Notes: generated by a model from the letters alone, not told the origin. Shown: positions 20,557-31,039, counted from the first letter of the whole stretch. The stretch: 63,102 nt of DNA, filler included, from a bacterium (GCA_024278215.1; 4 parts of 4 records of this genome joined end to end with filler, not necessarily neighbours in it), one strand, 5' to 3'. Program-made: numbers and translations.

Positions 20557-22022
20557 TGCTGGCTAGCAGGACATCGGTAACCCAAACTGCTAGAAATAAA
20601 TAGCAGGAGATCGTGCACTATGGGCCTCAAAGAGGCCCCGCCCCCATGGGGGCGCCAAACTAGCAGCACATCGTGCACCTTGAAAAGTTAATATCGTTTG
20701 TACTCGAAAGGGATCGGATATTCAAAAGCATCGATGAGTTGGCCGTCAATACGCACCTGGAGTTGATAGATATCAGTGCAGATAGTGGCGATCACGTATT
20801 CGTATTTAACGCTTCGGGCATTTTGAATTTCTCTCCGAATACGTCGATATTAAGGTTGCTACGAACGAATCGCACAAGGTGTATGTATCCGTCGGCAAGC
20901 GACAGGCCGATCTTTTTTAGAGAAACCGATCTGTCCAGTTTGTGGGTATTTATTCCTTCGGCTTGTATGTGCTGCATTGGTGTTTTTCCCTTTATGCCGG
21001 TGCAACGATGGTTCTTGTTCCGGAAATCCTCAAATTTTCGGGCTTCCTGCTTGAGATGCTTGAAGCTGGTGAAGAATTGTCCACGGTAGAACTTCTTATC
21101 GAAAACATCCTGGAACTTTTCGATGATGCCGTTGCGCCAGGGCTCACCAACGGGGATGAATATTACCTGGACGCCCAATTTAAGGCACATGCGCAGAACG
21201 AGCCCGAGTGAATGGGGATAGCGGTTGCTTCCCCGAAAACTCAACTCATTGTCCATTTGAAGGTATTCCGGCAAACCGATCGTTTTCCAGGAGCGAAGCA
21301 GTCCACGGGCTACATCCTCGTCCCCTTTTGTACGGCACGGATTCACGGCTGCCAGATAAGTTTCAAGGTCGAATACATTGAAACTGTAAAAGCGACCGTC
21401 GTTTTTGATGTAGCGGGGGCCAACCAGGTCCGCCTGCTGAATCGAATCGGAAAAAATGTTCTTCACATCCGGGTAGGCTTTGCCCACCGGTTTATATCGC
21501 TTCTTTTCTCTTACAACATTATAGCGCTTCAGTATTCTGTCTATCGTCCAGGCCGGCAGAGGCGCCATTCCCAGTTTTTCCATCTCCCACTGGATGGAAA
21601 GCGAACCGACTTGGGCGTATTTTGTCTCTTCGAGAGTGGAACGTATCTGGAGCACTGTTGCCTCGACTTCTTCAGAGGTTTTGTTTGACACACGTTTCGG
21701 GGCTCGTGAAAGAGTTTGATACCACTGCGTGTCATTGGACTTGTAACGCTCCAGCCATTTGAAGAACCATCTCTTGCTTCTTCCCAGTTCGGTGTATATC
21801 TCGATTGGCGCTTTGCCTTCCACATACATCCTTATTGCAAGTTTGCGTGTTTCTTCCTCGGCAGCATTGTTCATGTCAATCTCCTCTTTTTAGAGAAGAT
21901 TGTTCTGCGAACGATATTTTGTTTTCAAGGTTCAATTCACATCAGGGTGCACGATGTGCTGCTATCGATTACACTATTAAAGGTGCACGATGTCTGGGTG
22001 CACGATGTGCCGCTAGTCATCA
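20557..22022 (-). mobile_element. IS481-like insertion sequence, 1466 bp
   Basis: TG...CA ends with imperfect TIR, internal CATCGTGCAC repeats at both ends, 6-bp TSD GTTAGT at 20551-20556 and 22023-22028. Confidence 0.88.
20688..21874 (-). pseudogene. IS481-like (HTH + rve integrase core) transposase, frameshifted near the C-terminus
   Basis: QADLVGP, QMDNE, WRNGIIEKF DDE core; ORF stops at 20792 but an alternate frame continues KYEYVIATICTD...EYKRY* to 20688. Confidence 0.8.
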
Positions 22023-22170
22023 GTTAGTTATTAAAAGATACATTTTGCAATAATGTATTGTCGCTAACTGAAAACCGGGCTGCGGAGAGCAGAATATCAG
22101 TACTGTACTTTCGTAGAGTAGTAGGGAGGAAATTAAGATCACATGCCATGCACAAGGCAGATTAAAAGGT

Positions 22171-22222
22171 GCATTTCGCAAAAACTGATGTTTTTGCATT
22201 CCAGAGTTTTCCTGAAAGTGCC
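22171..22222. repeat. ~50-bp inverted-end mini-element (GCATTTCGCAAAAACT...AGTTTTCCTGAAAGTGCC)
   Basis: Second copy at 58399-58449. Confidence 0.65.
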
Positions 22223-22352
22223 GGTCATGCACAAAAGGAGAGTCTGTAATACTGAGAAAATATAGCAATCTTCAGTTGAATAAAGGCAGTTTTATCAACT
22301 CGCCTGTAAAAAGCTACTTATTTCCTTACGTCTTTTCATGGTTGACACTAAA

Positions 22353-23714
22353 CTACCTGCCTTCAGGTTTTATGCCTTCGATACGGTAATCGCGTCTGCC
22401 TTCATGATCGAGTCGTTTGTCGACGAAACGCTTCAGCTTTATGTTGTCCGCGCGCAGACTGCCTGTCGGATTAAACTTGATTTTCAGATTGAACATACCA
22501 TAAGACACATTATTCGCCATATCTTTGTCTTCTCTGAATATTGCCGACATAACTTCTTCAGACAGTTTGTCGGAAGGTGTGTCGGTCTCGAGATTCAACT
22601 CCAGTACTTCCTTATTCCCCTCCCAGTATGCGACAAGCTGGTAGTCGCGCCCGATCGCTTCGACAGAATGAATGGCGCGGTCGAATACGTTAGGGAGAAA
22701 GTAGGCCGTGCCGATCTTTATCTTATCGTCGACCCTGCCGGGAACACTCTCGAGGCGGCGCGTGGGTAGTCCGCAGCCACACTTCTCATTTATTATCCGC
22801 CCGACATCGCCTGTGCGATATCTTATAAGCGGCATGCAACGCCTGCTAAGGGTTGTCAGCACGATCTCGCCGTAACCGTCTTCTGCCGGATTGTCGATCT
22901 CGACAAGGTTCAATAGCTCTTCAAGATGGTAACCGTTTTTTCTGATGCACTCGCCTCCGACACCGCCGCAGGCCTCCGTAAGGCCATAAGTCGCGTAGAC
23001 ATTGCAGCCCCACACGCGCTCCATCCACGAACGCACCTGGGGTGTGATACGCTCACCCGCGGTCATTATTCCTTTTATCTTCGGAGCACCGTGTTTCTCC
23101 GCCAGGTCCGTCACCCGCATCAACAGTGACGGATACCCGATAAGTGCGTTTATCTTATAATTGTCCAGCCGTTCATATATGCTCTCCGGAGATGTCTTGC
23201 TTGCGCCGAGACAGTATGCGCCAAGCCGCTCGACCCCGCGCTGGAACACAAATCCCGGCACCCAGAATGAGTAATTGAAGCAGTTGAGAAAACGATCGGT
23301 CCGGTAAAAATCCAACATGAGCAGACCCACCATGCACGAATTCGCCATTTTATTGATTTCGTGCCATGTGAAATGCAGCCATTTATTTCTGCCCTGCGTG
23401 CCGGTCGTCTCGAAAGCTATGTGATCGGGCCGGCAGATAAAATCCTTCCTGCGTTCTATAAGGTCCAGCCCCAGAGTGAAAATATCTCCGAGGTCTTCGA
23501 TGGAATTCACGGCTTCAGGGGTGATTCCGTGCCGCTTAAAGCAGTCTCTGTAAAATTTCGACTCCGTGGCGCAATAGGTAACGAGTTCCTTCAGCCGTCG
23601 CCTCTGTACCCGTTCCACGACACCACGGGGAACAAAACGCATGGCACTGTATATATGTCCCGCCCTGACCCTGCTCTTGAAATATTCCCTAACCGCTTTT
23701 CCGGCGCTGCTCAT
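22353..23714 (-). CDS. Phenylacetate-CoA ligase/F390 synthetase-like adenylate-forming enzyme
   Basis: ETTGTQGRNK, YATYGLTE, RYRTGD and GRVDD motifs. Confidence 0.85.
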   Translation of the reverse strand: MSSAGKAVREYFKSRVRAGHIYSAMRFVPRGVVERVQRRRLKELVTYCATESKFYRDCFKRHGITPEAVNSIEDLGDIFTLGLDLIERRKDFICRPDHIAFETTGTQGRNKWLHFTWHEINKMANSCMVGLLMLDFYRTDRFLNCFNYSFWVPGFVFQRGVERLGAYCLGASKTSPESIYERLDNYKINALIGYPSLLMRVTDLAEKHGAPKIKGIMTAGERITPQVRSWMERVWGCNVYATYGLTEACGGVGGECIRKNGYHLEELLNLVEIDNPAEDGYGEIVLTTLSRRCMPLIRYRTGDVGRIINEKCGCGLPTRRLESVPGRVDDKIKIGTAYFLPNVFDRAIHSVEAIGRDYQLVAYWEGNKEVLELNLETDTPSDKLSEEVMSAIFREDKDMANNVSYGMFNLKIKFNPTGSLRADNIKLKRFVDKRLDHEGRRDYRIEGIKPEGR

Positions 23715-23773
23715 TTACCATCCATCCCTTCCCGCCCCATCAGTTCTCTCGACAGACATTTCGGCAGCCGTTT

Positions 23774-24952
23774 TCACTTATCCGCAAATTCAACAGACAG
23801 CATTCCAAGGCGCACATTTTTCATCAGTCCGGGATCGGTTTCAGCAAGTATCCGCATAAACGTCGCCCGATCTTCAGGTTTTATATTAAAACGCAGTGTC
23901 GCCACCCCGCTCTTCCATATCAGTTCAACACTTTTATCAAGACCGGTGATTCTACCGGACGCTATGTTCAGAAACCTGTCTGCATCAAAATACAGATCGC
24001 CGATCGTCAACAGTGACCCCGGAACATATTCGAGACCTGCCAGCGACCGGCACTTAAAAGAGCCGGCATTTTCAGCAGGTATGAGTTTTCCTCTCGTGCC
24101 GGTTGCAAGTCGCAGTACAGGCCGGCAACGAAAATTCAGAGGCGTTATGTGTATTTCCCCTTCCTGCCGGTTCCGCGGTGCGATTTCCACCAGGTAACTT
24201 AATTCGTTGATAATATATTTGTCACGTTTTGGAGACTCCATCGCAACCGCCGGGTAAATCCCAAGCACGCCGAACCCCATATAGACCGGGCATCGCCACA
24301 CATCTTCCATCCACGAGCGAACATCACCCGGCAGGCGTTCACTTGTCATGAAAACAGCTTTCAGCCCGGGCGCACCTTCTTTTTCGGCTATCTTTGTAAC
24401 CTGCACAAGCAAGCTCGCGTGCCCCATAAGAATAGTTGTATCATAAGGGGCGATCCGCGAAAATATCTGCACAGGTTCCACCTTCCCCGCAGGAAGACAG
24501 AAGGCGCCCATACGCTCGCACACCCTCTGGTGCACAACCCCGAAACCATTATATGAAAAGTCGTAACAGTTTATAAATCTGTCCGATTCGTCGACCCCGG
24601 CATTGCGAAACATATATTCGATGAAGGCCGTCGCTTCGCCCGTCTCCGACCAAGTGGCCTCCAGCCTTCCACCACCCGCGAGTGAACCCGGCGCTTCCAT
24701 CCCCATATTGCCGTCTGAAGCCTCGAAATCATTTATCCTCTCCGCCCTCTCCTTCAGGGACAAGGCGAACCAGCCCACACCCGACAGGGAATCGCCGGGC
24801 GAGTCAGGAATCTGCATGTTCCTGAATCGCTGCCCGTAGTAGCGGGTCTTTCTACACGCGACAAGCAGTTTTTCAAGTTCGGATTTTCTGATTTCACTGA
24901 AGCAACCGGCAGGATCGGGGGATGACTCGCAATTTTGATAAATATTAGGCAT
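23774..24952 (-). CDS. Degenerate PaaK-like paralogue
   Basis: Collinear with its neighbour (DRFINCY, VRSWMEDVW, LVEI) but catalytic motifs replaced. Confidence 0.7.
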   Translation of the reverse strand: MPNIYQNCESSPDPAGCFSEIRKSELEKLLVACRKTRYYGQRFRNMQIPDSPGDSLSGVGWFALSLKERAERINDFEASDGNMGMEAPGSLAGGGRLEATWSETGEATAFIEYMFRNAGVDESDRFINCYDFSYNGFGVVHQRVCERMGAFCLPAGKVEPVQIFSRIAPYDTTILMGHASLLVQVTKIAEKEGAPGLKAVFMTSERLPGDVRSWMEDVWRCPVYMGFGVLGIYPAVAMESPKRDKYIINELSYLVEIAPRNRQEGEIHITPLNFRCRPVLRLATGTRGKLIPAENAGSFKCRSLAGLEYVPGSLLTIGDLYFDADRFLNIASGRITGLDKSVELIWKSGVATLRFNIKPEDRATFMRILAETDPGLMKNVRLGMLSVEFADK

Positions 24953-25079
24953 AAATCAGCATATTCCTATATCAGATTATTTGTCAATGACTGCGTCAAT
25001 TCTTCACTTTCCTGTTGCAGGCTATCTCTTGCAAAGCATGTCACGTAAATATTATAATGAGTTGTTATCCAAATAAACT

Positions 25080-25261
25080 GAGCCAATTGAAAAATTATAT
25101 TCGAAGCGAGGACGAACGAAATTGTTCCGAAGCAAGGCGGAGGTGTGAAATCCCCGCGTGCGTACTTGTAGAGTACGTTGTTGAGGATGATTATGCACCG
25201 ACAACGAAGCTGTTGACAATTGCAACCGACCGCCGCCGAATCAGAATTTTGCAAGTGGTTC
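25080..25261 (+). mobile_element. MITE family M, copy 2 (diverged)
   Basis: GAGCCAATTGAAAAATT...AATTTTGCAAGTGGTTC. Confidence 0.8.
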
Positions 25262-25284
25262 AAATTATAACAGGCAGGTATTTG

Positions 25285-25473
25285 ATGAGAAACCCGGCAG
25301 GCGGATTAGAATTTCGGCTTTTACTTTTCTCTCTTTTTTTCATCCTGTTTTGCTGGCCCATACTTTCCGGTACGAATATACAAGTCACTTATTTATTCAT
25401 GTTCCTTGTATGGGCGGCAATCATTATCGCTCTGTTCTTTATCAGTAGAACCGACAGGGTCGACACAACTTAA
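25285..25473 (+). CDS. Small two-TM membrane protein preceding the SLC5 kinase
   Basis: 62 aa with two hydrophobic helices; position is typical of small partners of SLC5 kinases. Confidence 0.6.
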   Translation: MRNPAGGLEFRLLLFSLFFILFCWPILSGTNIQVTYLFMFLVWAAIIIALFFISRTDRVDTT

Positions 25474-25538
25474 TCCGCATATTTTCATTCAGTACTACGG
25501 GTTAGTACTACAGAAAGAGTGCCGTCAGGGAATATATA

Positions 25539-28370
25539 ATGTTCAATCCGAATATTATTGTCGCAGTTATACTTCTATACGTGCTGTTTCTGTTCATCGT
25601 CGCCGTAGCGGTCGAGCGCAGGGCCAAAACCGGCAGGAACCCCGGCAATAACGCAATTATCTATTCGCTCTCGCTCGCGGTCTATTGCACCACATGGACA
25701 TATTACGGAAGTGTAGGCAAAGCTGCTAATTCAGGACTGTTGTTTCTGACTATCTACGCGGGGCCGACACTCGGTGCGCTCTTCTGGTGGGTTGTTCTGC
25801 GCAAGCTGGTCAGGATAAAAGCGGCAAACAGAATAACGAGTCTGGCCGACTTTATTTCCGCGCGGTACGATAAATCCCCCGTAATCGCAGCGGCGGCGAC
25901 AATAATTGCTTTTATCGGTACTGCCCCATATATAGCGCTGCAATTGAAGGCGATGTTGTCGACATTTAAAATCATCACCCGGACCGCCGATATCGCCTAC
26001 ACATCATGGACCGATGTCAATCTGGGACTGCTTCTTGCGATAATGATGATTGTGTTCACAATAATGTTCGGCGCGCGGCGGCTCGACCCCACGGAAAGAC
26101 ATCAGGGCATGGTAGTGGTTCTTGTTGTGGAATGCCTGCTTAAACTATTCGCGTTTGTCGCCGCCGGTTTGTTCGTGACCTATTACCTTTATGACGGCAT
26201 GGGCGATATCATGCGACAGGTTGCCGAAAAACTACCGGAAGTATACAGCAACCTCGATGCAGGAAACATAACGCATCATTATACATGGTTGACGTATCTG
26301 ATTCTCGGCATGTCCGCCATAATATTCCTGCCGCGCCAGTTCCACGTCGCTGTGGTGGAGAATTTCGACGAGCGTCATATCAGGACAGCCGCCTGGCTTT
26401 TCCCGGCCTACATTTTCCTGATCAATATTTTTGTGCTGCCTATCGCACTGGGAGGGCTTCTGCACGGATTCCCCGGCAGCGCGGCAGATACATTCGTACT
26501 GCTGATGCCGATGAAATACGGCACTTCGTGGCTGGCTCTGCTTGTCTTTGTCGGCGGATGCGCCGCGGCCACCGGAATGATATTGATAACCACGATGACT
26601 ATGGCGACGATGATCACCAACCACATAATGATACCGGTTATCGAGTGGGTACCCCGGCTCGGTTTCTTAAGACGCCACCTGTTGAAATTACGCTGGCTGG
26701 CCATCGCCGGATTCATCTTGCTCGGGTACTGGTTCCAGGGCATCATCGGCGACACATACATGCTTGTCAGCATCGGGATAATGTCTTTTGCCGCCGTGTT
26801 GCAGTTCGCACCGGCGTCTATAGGCGGCATATTCTGGCGCGCGGGCAACAAACACGGCGCCCTCATGGGAATGTGCGCCGGTTTCCTCGTCTGGTTTTAT
26901 ACCCTGATGCTCCCGGCTGTAGCGAAAAGTGGATGGATATCCACTTATTTCATTCATAACGGCCTCTGGAGCATCGACATCCTGAGGCCTGAACATCTTT
27001 TCGGGGTCTCGATTCTCGACCCGATAAGCCACTCTGTTTTCTGGTCGATGCTGGTCAACATCAGTCTGTATATACTTGGTTCCCTCTGTTTCAAACAAAG
27101 TAAAGATGAACAAAAGATCGCAAACGAATTTGTGGGCATTCTTAATCCCGCAGGCGATATGAGGCAAACCGGCCGGGAACGATCTTACATAAAATTGAAA
27201 CCCAAGCGGACCGCTGTTCTGAAAATATTCCGCCGCTATTTTTCCCGGAAAGACGCCGAAGTGCTCGCTGAAAAGTGCATCGCGGAAAGTAACTTAAGCG
27301 ACAAGAAAAACATCACCGTCATCGAACTGGCCGAACTGCAGGAGATGGTCGAGAAACACCTTTCCGGCTCGATAGGAAAGGCGTCGGCTCACCAGACAAT
27401 ACGAAGCGAGAGCATTTTCAGCGAGGAAGAATCGACGGCTCTTTCCACCGCCTTCAGCGAGATACTTACCACCCTCAGGGTCAGCCCGGGCGAACTGAAA
27501 AGCAAAATTGACTACTACAAAGAGAGAGATGCCCTGATGACTCAGCATTCCGCCGAACTCGAGGCGAAAGTCGACGAACTCGAGGAGCATATCGCAAAAC
27601 GCAAGCGAGTGGAAAATGAGCTGGAAACCTATAAGACACATCTGGAAGAACTTGTCCGGGCACGCACTCAGGAACTAAAAGAAGCCCAGGAAAAGCTGGT
27701 AGCTTCGGAACGGCTTGCTGTGCTGGGCCAGTTCTCGGGCAGTGTCGCGCATGAAATCCGCAACCCGCTCGGAGTAATATCGGCCGCGGCCTACTACCTG
27801 AAGCGAAAGAACTCCGGCGACGACGAGAAAATTATCGCCAAGATAAATATGATAATGAACCAGACTAACCGTGTCGCAGAAATTATTGATAGTATTTTGA
27901 AACTTACCCGCATGGAAACGCCCGATTTGAAGAATGTCAATCTTGCCGACGCAGTGCGAGCCGTATTGTCGGACGTGCCGGACGGGATAACACTCGAATG
28001 GGAACCTCCGGTCGACGACATAATCGTGCAGGCGGACTGGAAACAACTGAACATTGCTCTCAATAACATTGTAAGAAACGCTGTCCAGGCCATGAATGAT
28101 AAAGGAACCCTCACGGTGAGGATTCGCATTGTGCCCGACAACGGAACAAACTGGGCGGAAGTGCTCATATCAGATACAGGCCCCGGTATATCAAAAGAAC
28201 ATCTCGACAAAATATTCACACCTTTGTTTACGAAAAAAATATACGGTATCGGCTTCGGGCTTTCAATTGTAAAAATGATTATCGAGCGACACAACGGAAC
28301 GATTGTCGCAACATCAAATCCCGGCAACGGCGCGGCGTTTACTCTCCGGCTGCCGCTGCCGGAACCATGA
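25539..28370 (+). CDS. Sodium:solute symporter (SLC5)-histidine kinase fusion, CbrA/CrbS-like
   Basis: YSLSLAVYCTTWTYYGSVG and FLPRQFHV (SLC5), STAC-like linker, AHEIRNPL, N/G1/F/G2 boxes. Confidence 0.9.
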   Translation: MFNPNIIVAVILLYVLFLFIVAVAVERRAKTGRNPGNNAIIYSLSLAVYCTTWTYYGSVGKAANSGLLFLTIYAGPTLGALFWWVVLRKLVRIKAANRITSLADFISARYDKSPVIAAAATIIAFIGTAPYIALQLKAMLSTFKIITRTADIAYTSWTDVNLGLLLAIMMIVFTIMFGARRLDPTERHQGMVVVLVVECLLKLFAFVAAGLFVTYYLYDGMGDIMRQVAEKLPEVYSNLDAGNITHHYTWLTYLILGMSAIIFLPRQFHVAVVENFDERHIRTAAWLFPAYIFLINIFVLPIALGGLLHGFPGSAADTFVLLMPMKYGTSWLALLVFVGGCAAATGMILITTMTMATMITNHIMIPVIEWVPRLGFLRRHLLKLRWLAIAGFILLGYWFQGIIGDTYMLVSIGIMSFAAVLQFAPASIGGIFWRAGNKHGALMGMCAGFLVWFYTLMLPAVAKSGWISTYFIHNGLWSIDILRPEHLFGVSILDPISHSVFWSMLVNISLYILGSLCFKQSKDEQKIANEFVGILNPAGDMRQTGRERSYIKLKPKRTAVLKIFRRYFSRKDAEVLAEKCIAESNLSDKKNITVIELAELQEMVEKHLSGSIGKASAHQTIRSESIFSEEESTALSTAFSEILTTLRVSPGELKSKIDYYKERDALMTQHSAELEAKVDELEEHIAKRKRVENELETYKTHLEELVRARTQELKEAQEKLVASERLAVLGQFSGSVAHEIRNPLGVISAAAYYLKRKNSGDDEKIIAKINMIMNQTNRVAEIIDSILKLTRMETPDLKNVNLADAVRAVLSDVPDGITLEWEPPVDDIIVQADWKQLNIALNNIVRNAVQAMNDKGTLTVRIRIVPDNGTNWAEVLISDTGPGISKEHLDKIFTPLFTKKIYGIGFGLSIVKMIIERHNGTIVATSNPGNGAAFTLRLPLPEP

Positions 28371-28388
28371 GAAAGGTAGTGACATTAC

Positions 28389-29132
28389 ATGGCTGAAAGA
28401 GGAAAAGTTCTGCTGGTGGACGATGATAAAGACATCTGCGAAACGATAACGGACGTGCTCGAAATCGAGGATTACTCGGTGACGTCGGTCAACAGCGGCA
28501 TGGCGGCGCTGGAAGCGGTTGAGAAAAACAAATATGACGTTGTTCTTTTAGACATGATAATGCCCGGAATGAACGGTGTGGAAACACTGAAGAAGTTCAA
28601 GAAAATCGCTCCGGGAACACCCGTCATCATGGTCTCGGCTTTCTCCGTGGAAGATATGATCAGGGAATCCCTGAAAGAGGGAGCGTTCACAATATTAAAA
28701 AAACCGATAGACTTCGAATCGCTTTTCTCGACAATTGAAATGGCGCGCGGCAACGGCGGGCTCGTACTGGTTGTCGACGACGATAAAGATATTTGCGAGG
28801 TCGTCCGCTATTCGCTTGAAGAAAAAGGATACATGGTAAAAATCGCACTTGAAGGCGAATCCGCCGTCGAAAAAACGAGGGACATAAAATTCGATGTAAT
28901 TATTCTCGATATGAAACTACCGATAATGAATGGATTCGAAACCTTTCTTTCCATCCGCAACATACGCCCCGATGTTTGTGTTATACTCATAACCGGATAC
29001 CCTGAAAGTATGGGAAGTCTTATCGAAAAAGCAATGAATAAAGGTGCCTACCTTCATCTGAGAAAACCAATAAATATGGATGAATTGTTTGAAATTCTTA
29101 AAGAGATTATGCAGCGTTTGAGTGGAACCTGA
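28389..29132 (+). CDS. Response regulator with two receiver domains and no output domain
   Basis: Two copies of the LVDDD / D.MP.MNG / KP pattern. Confidence 0.9.
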   Translation: MAERGKVLLVDDDKDICETITDVLEIEDYSVTSVNSGMAALEAVEKNKYDVVLLDMIMPGMNGVETLKKFKKIAPGTPVIMVSAFSVEDMIRESLKEGAFTILKKPIDFESLFSTIEMARGNGGLVLVVDDDKDICEVVRYSLEEKGYMVKIALEGESAVEKTRDIKFDVIILDMKLPIMNGFETFLSIRNIRPDVCVILITGYPESMGSLIEKAMNKGAYLHLRKPINMDELFEILKEIMQRLSGT

Positions 29133-29307
29133 AGGTGAAAGTTATTTGATGCCGAAATGCTTTATAAAACTCCTTGCCCGCACTGGTGAAATAAGCGGAC
29201 TAAACGTAAACAAGTACATATAGCAAGAGCTTGACGAAATATTGCTGATCCTCAATGCTATAATAGAAATGTATTCCCCGAAGCTTGCTGCGGGGTTGAT
29301 GAAAATA

Positions 29308-29380
29308 TGTGTGCCGCACTCAAACCGCTCTTCTCCGGGCACAAACATGTGGCTTGTTGGATTCCGGCTGCTGGGTTAGG
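29308..29380 (+). repeat. Repeat family F, copy 2
   Basis: TGTGTGCCGCACTCAAACCG...GGGCACAAA...TCCGGCTG..GGGTTAGG. Confidence 0.7.
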
Positions 29381-29397
29381 AAATACAGATATTTTAT

Positions 29398-30741
29398 ATG
29401 AATATCAATAAACACCATAAAACTACTTCCGAAACAACCAATGATTTCAGTTGGTATATAAAAAAAACCTTTACGGCGGCATTATTCACTTCTATTTTTG
29501 TGCTTCTTTTGCCTTTGCTGTTCAATTATCTTGCTGAATACATGAAATCTGATATTAAGATAGTATTAAACGGCACAGAATACGTATTCAAGGATGTATC
29601 GAGCAGGATTGAACTTCCCTTTGTCCAAATATTTAAAGCTTATGCCGTTATGCTCATAATACGCATGATGCCGGGATTTCTCATTAAGAGAATAAATAAT
29701 ATCAATATTCACAAATATATCATTGAAGCAAGTCTGTATTCCACGGAATTTATATATTTGTTTATTATAAAATTTACCGGTGGGATCGAAAGTCCCGCTA
29801 ATATTTATTACATTATCCATGCGGTGACATTAAGCAGCATACTTACTAAGAAATCACTGGTTAAACACCAGATATTCATGTCGTTATGTGTAGCTTCAAT
29901 CTCACTGTCGGAATATATCGGATTAACAGGACATTACGATTTATTTTATCCTCCACTTGATATGTACACGAATTTTGCATATTTATTCACGACAACTACT
30001 TTTTTAATAGCTTTTATATTTGCTGTCGGCTTTAATTCTGCTAACGCTATTCAGAAATCCGTTGACAGGGAGAGAATAAAAAACACTTTTTATCGTTATT
30101 TATCTCCCCGGATAGCTGCCGATGTTCTGTCAAAAGAAAAAATCGATCTTGGTGGTGAGAACAGGATCGTCACAATTCTCTTTGCCGACATTCGAGACTT
30201 CACGACATACTCGCAAAGTAGTCAGCCTGAAAAGGTGGTAAAACATCTGAACGAGTTTTTCTCTGCCATGGTAGCCATTGTATTCAAGTATGAGGGCGCT
30301 TTAGATAAATATATCGGCGATGCCTTTATGGCTACCTTTGGAGTGCCCAAGGATCACCCCGACGATGAAATACGAGCCTGTAAAGCTGCCATCGAGATGA
30401 AGGAGACTCTTGTCAAGTTAAACAAAAAATGGGAGTCTGTATACAATCATCAGTTTAAGGTCGGGATAGGAATTAACACCGGTGAAGCAGTAGCCGGTAA
30501 TATCGGATCGGAAGAAAGAATGGAATATACGGTCATAGGCGATAGTGTAAACACGGCATCGCGGCTCGAGCAGTTGACTAAGAACTATCCTGCCGGAATA
30601 ATCATATCGGACAGCACTTACAAGGCAGTAAAAAACAAGGTCGAGGTAGTCCCTCTGGGTAAAGTAACGCTCAAAGGTAAGGCTGAACCTGTACAAGTAT
30701 ATGAGCTTATTGGATTAAAAGGTAGACCCTTGGAACGATAA
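29398..30741 (+). CDS. Membrane-bound class III adenylate/guanylate cyclase
   Basis: TM N-terminus; FYRYLSP, LFADIRDFT, DKYIGDA, YTVIGDSVNTASRLE, LKGK; visibly AT-rich. Confidence 0.92.
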   Translation: MNINKHHKTTSETTNDFSWYIKKTFTAALFTSIFVLLLPLLFNYLAEYMKSDIKIVLNGTEYVFKDVSSRIELPFVQIFKAYAVMLIIRMMPGFLIKRINNINIHKYIIEASLYSTEFIYLFIIKFTGGIESPANIYYIIHAVTLSSILTKKSLVKHQIFMSLCVASISLSEYIGLTGHYDLFYPPLDMYTNFAYLFTTTTFLIAFIFAVGFNSANAIQKSVDRERIKNTFYRYLSPRIAADVLSKEKIDLGGENRIVTILFADIRDFTTYSQSSQPEKVVKHLNEFFSAMVAIVFKYEGALDKYIGDAFMATFGVPKDHPDDEIRACKAAIEMKETLVKLNKKWESVYNHQFKVGIGINTGEAVAGNIGSEERMEYTVIGDSVNTASRLEQLTKNYPAGIIISDSTYKAVKNKVEVVPLGKVTLKGKAEPVQVYELIGLKGRPLER

Positions 30742-30746
30742 AACTC

Positions 30747-30820
30747 TGTGTGCTGTGCTCAAACCGTATTTGAGTGGGCACAAAAATGCGGCCTGTTTGG
30801 TCCGGCTGTGCCGGGTTAAC
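30747..30820 (+). repeat. Repeat family F, copy 3
   Basis: Direct repeat of 29308-29380. Confidence 0.7.
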
Positions 30821-30939
30821 CCGAATACTGCTAGGTTAAGAATCAATATGTTGCACTTGTACTCGATTCGTAGTGTTGGGCCAACAGGCATGGGACGTAC
30901 CGGCCAATTGCTCATCTATATTCGTTTAAGCCCCCTCGG

Positions 30940-31039
30940 NNNNNNNNNNNNNNNNNNNNNNNNNNNNNNNNNNNNNNNNNNNNTTAATTAATTAANNNNN
31001 NNNNNNNNNNNNNNNNNNNNNNNNNNNNNNNNNNNNNNN
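30940..31039. other. Artificial contig spacer
   Basis: N run containing TTAATTAATTAA (stops in all six frames). Confidence 0.98.

Noticed and set aside
21945..22022. GGTGCACGATGT repeats as a mini CRISPR array
   Set aside because: Short, irregularly spaced and mirrored at the other end of the IS; these are transposase-binding repeats
30940..31039. TTAATTAATTAA palindromes in N runs (also 54867-54966 and 59698-59797)
   Set aside because: Assembly linkers; ORFs that run into them and gene adjacency across them are artefacts
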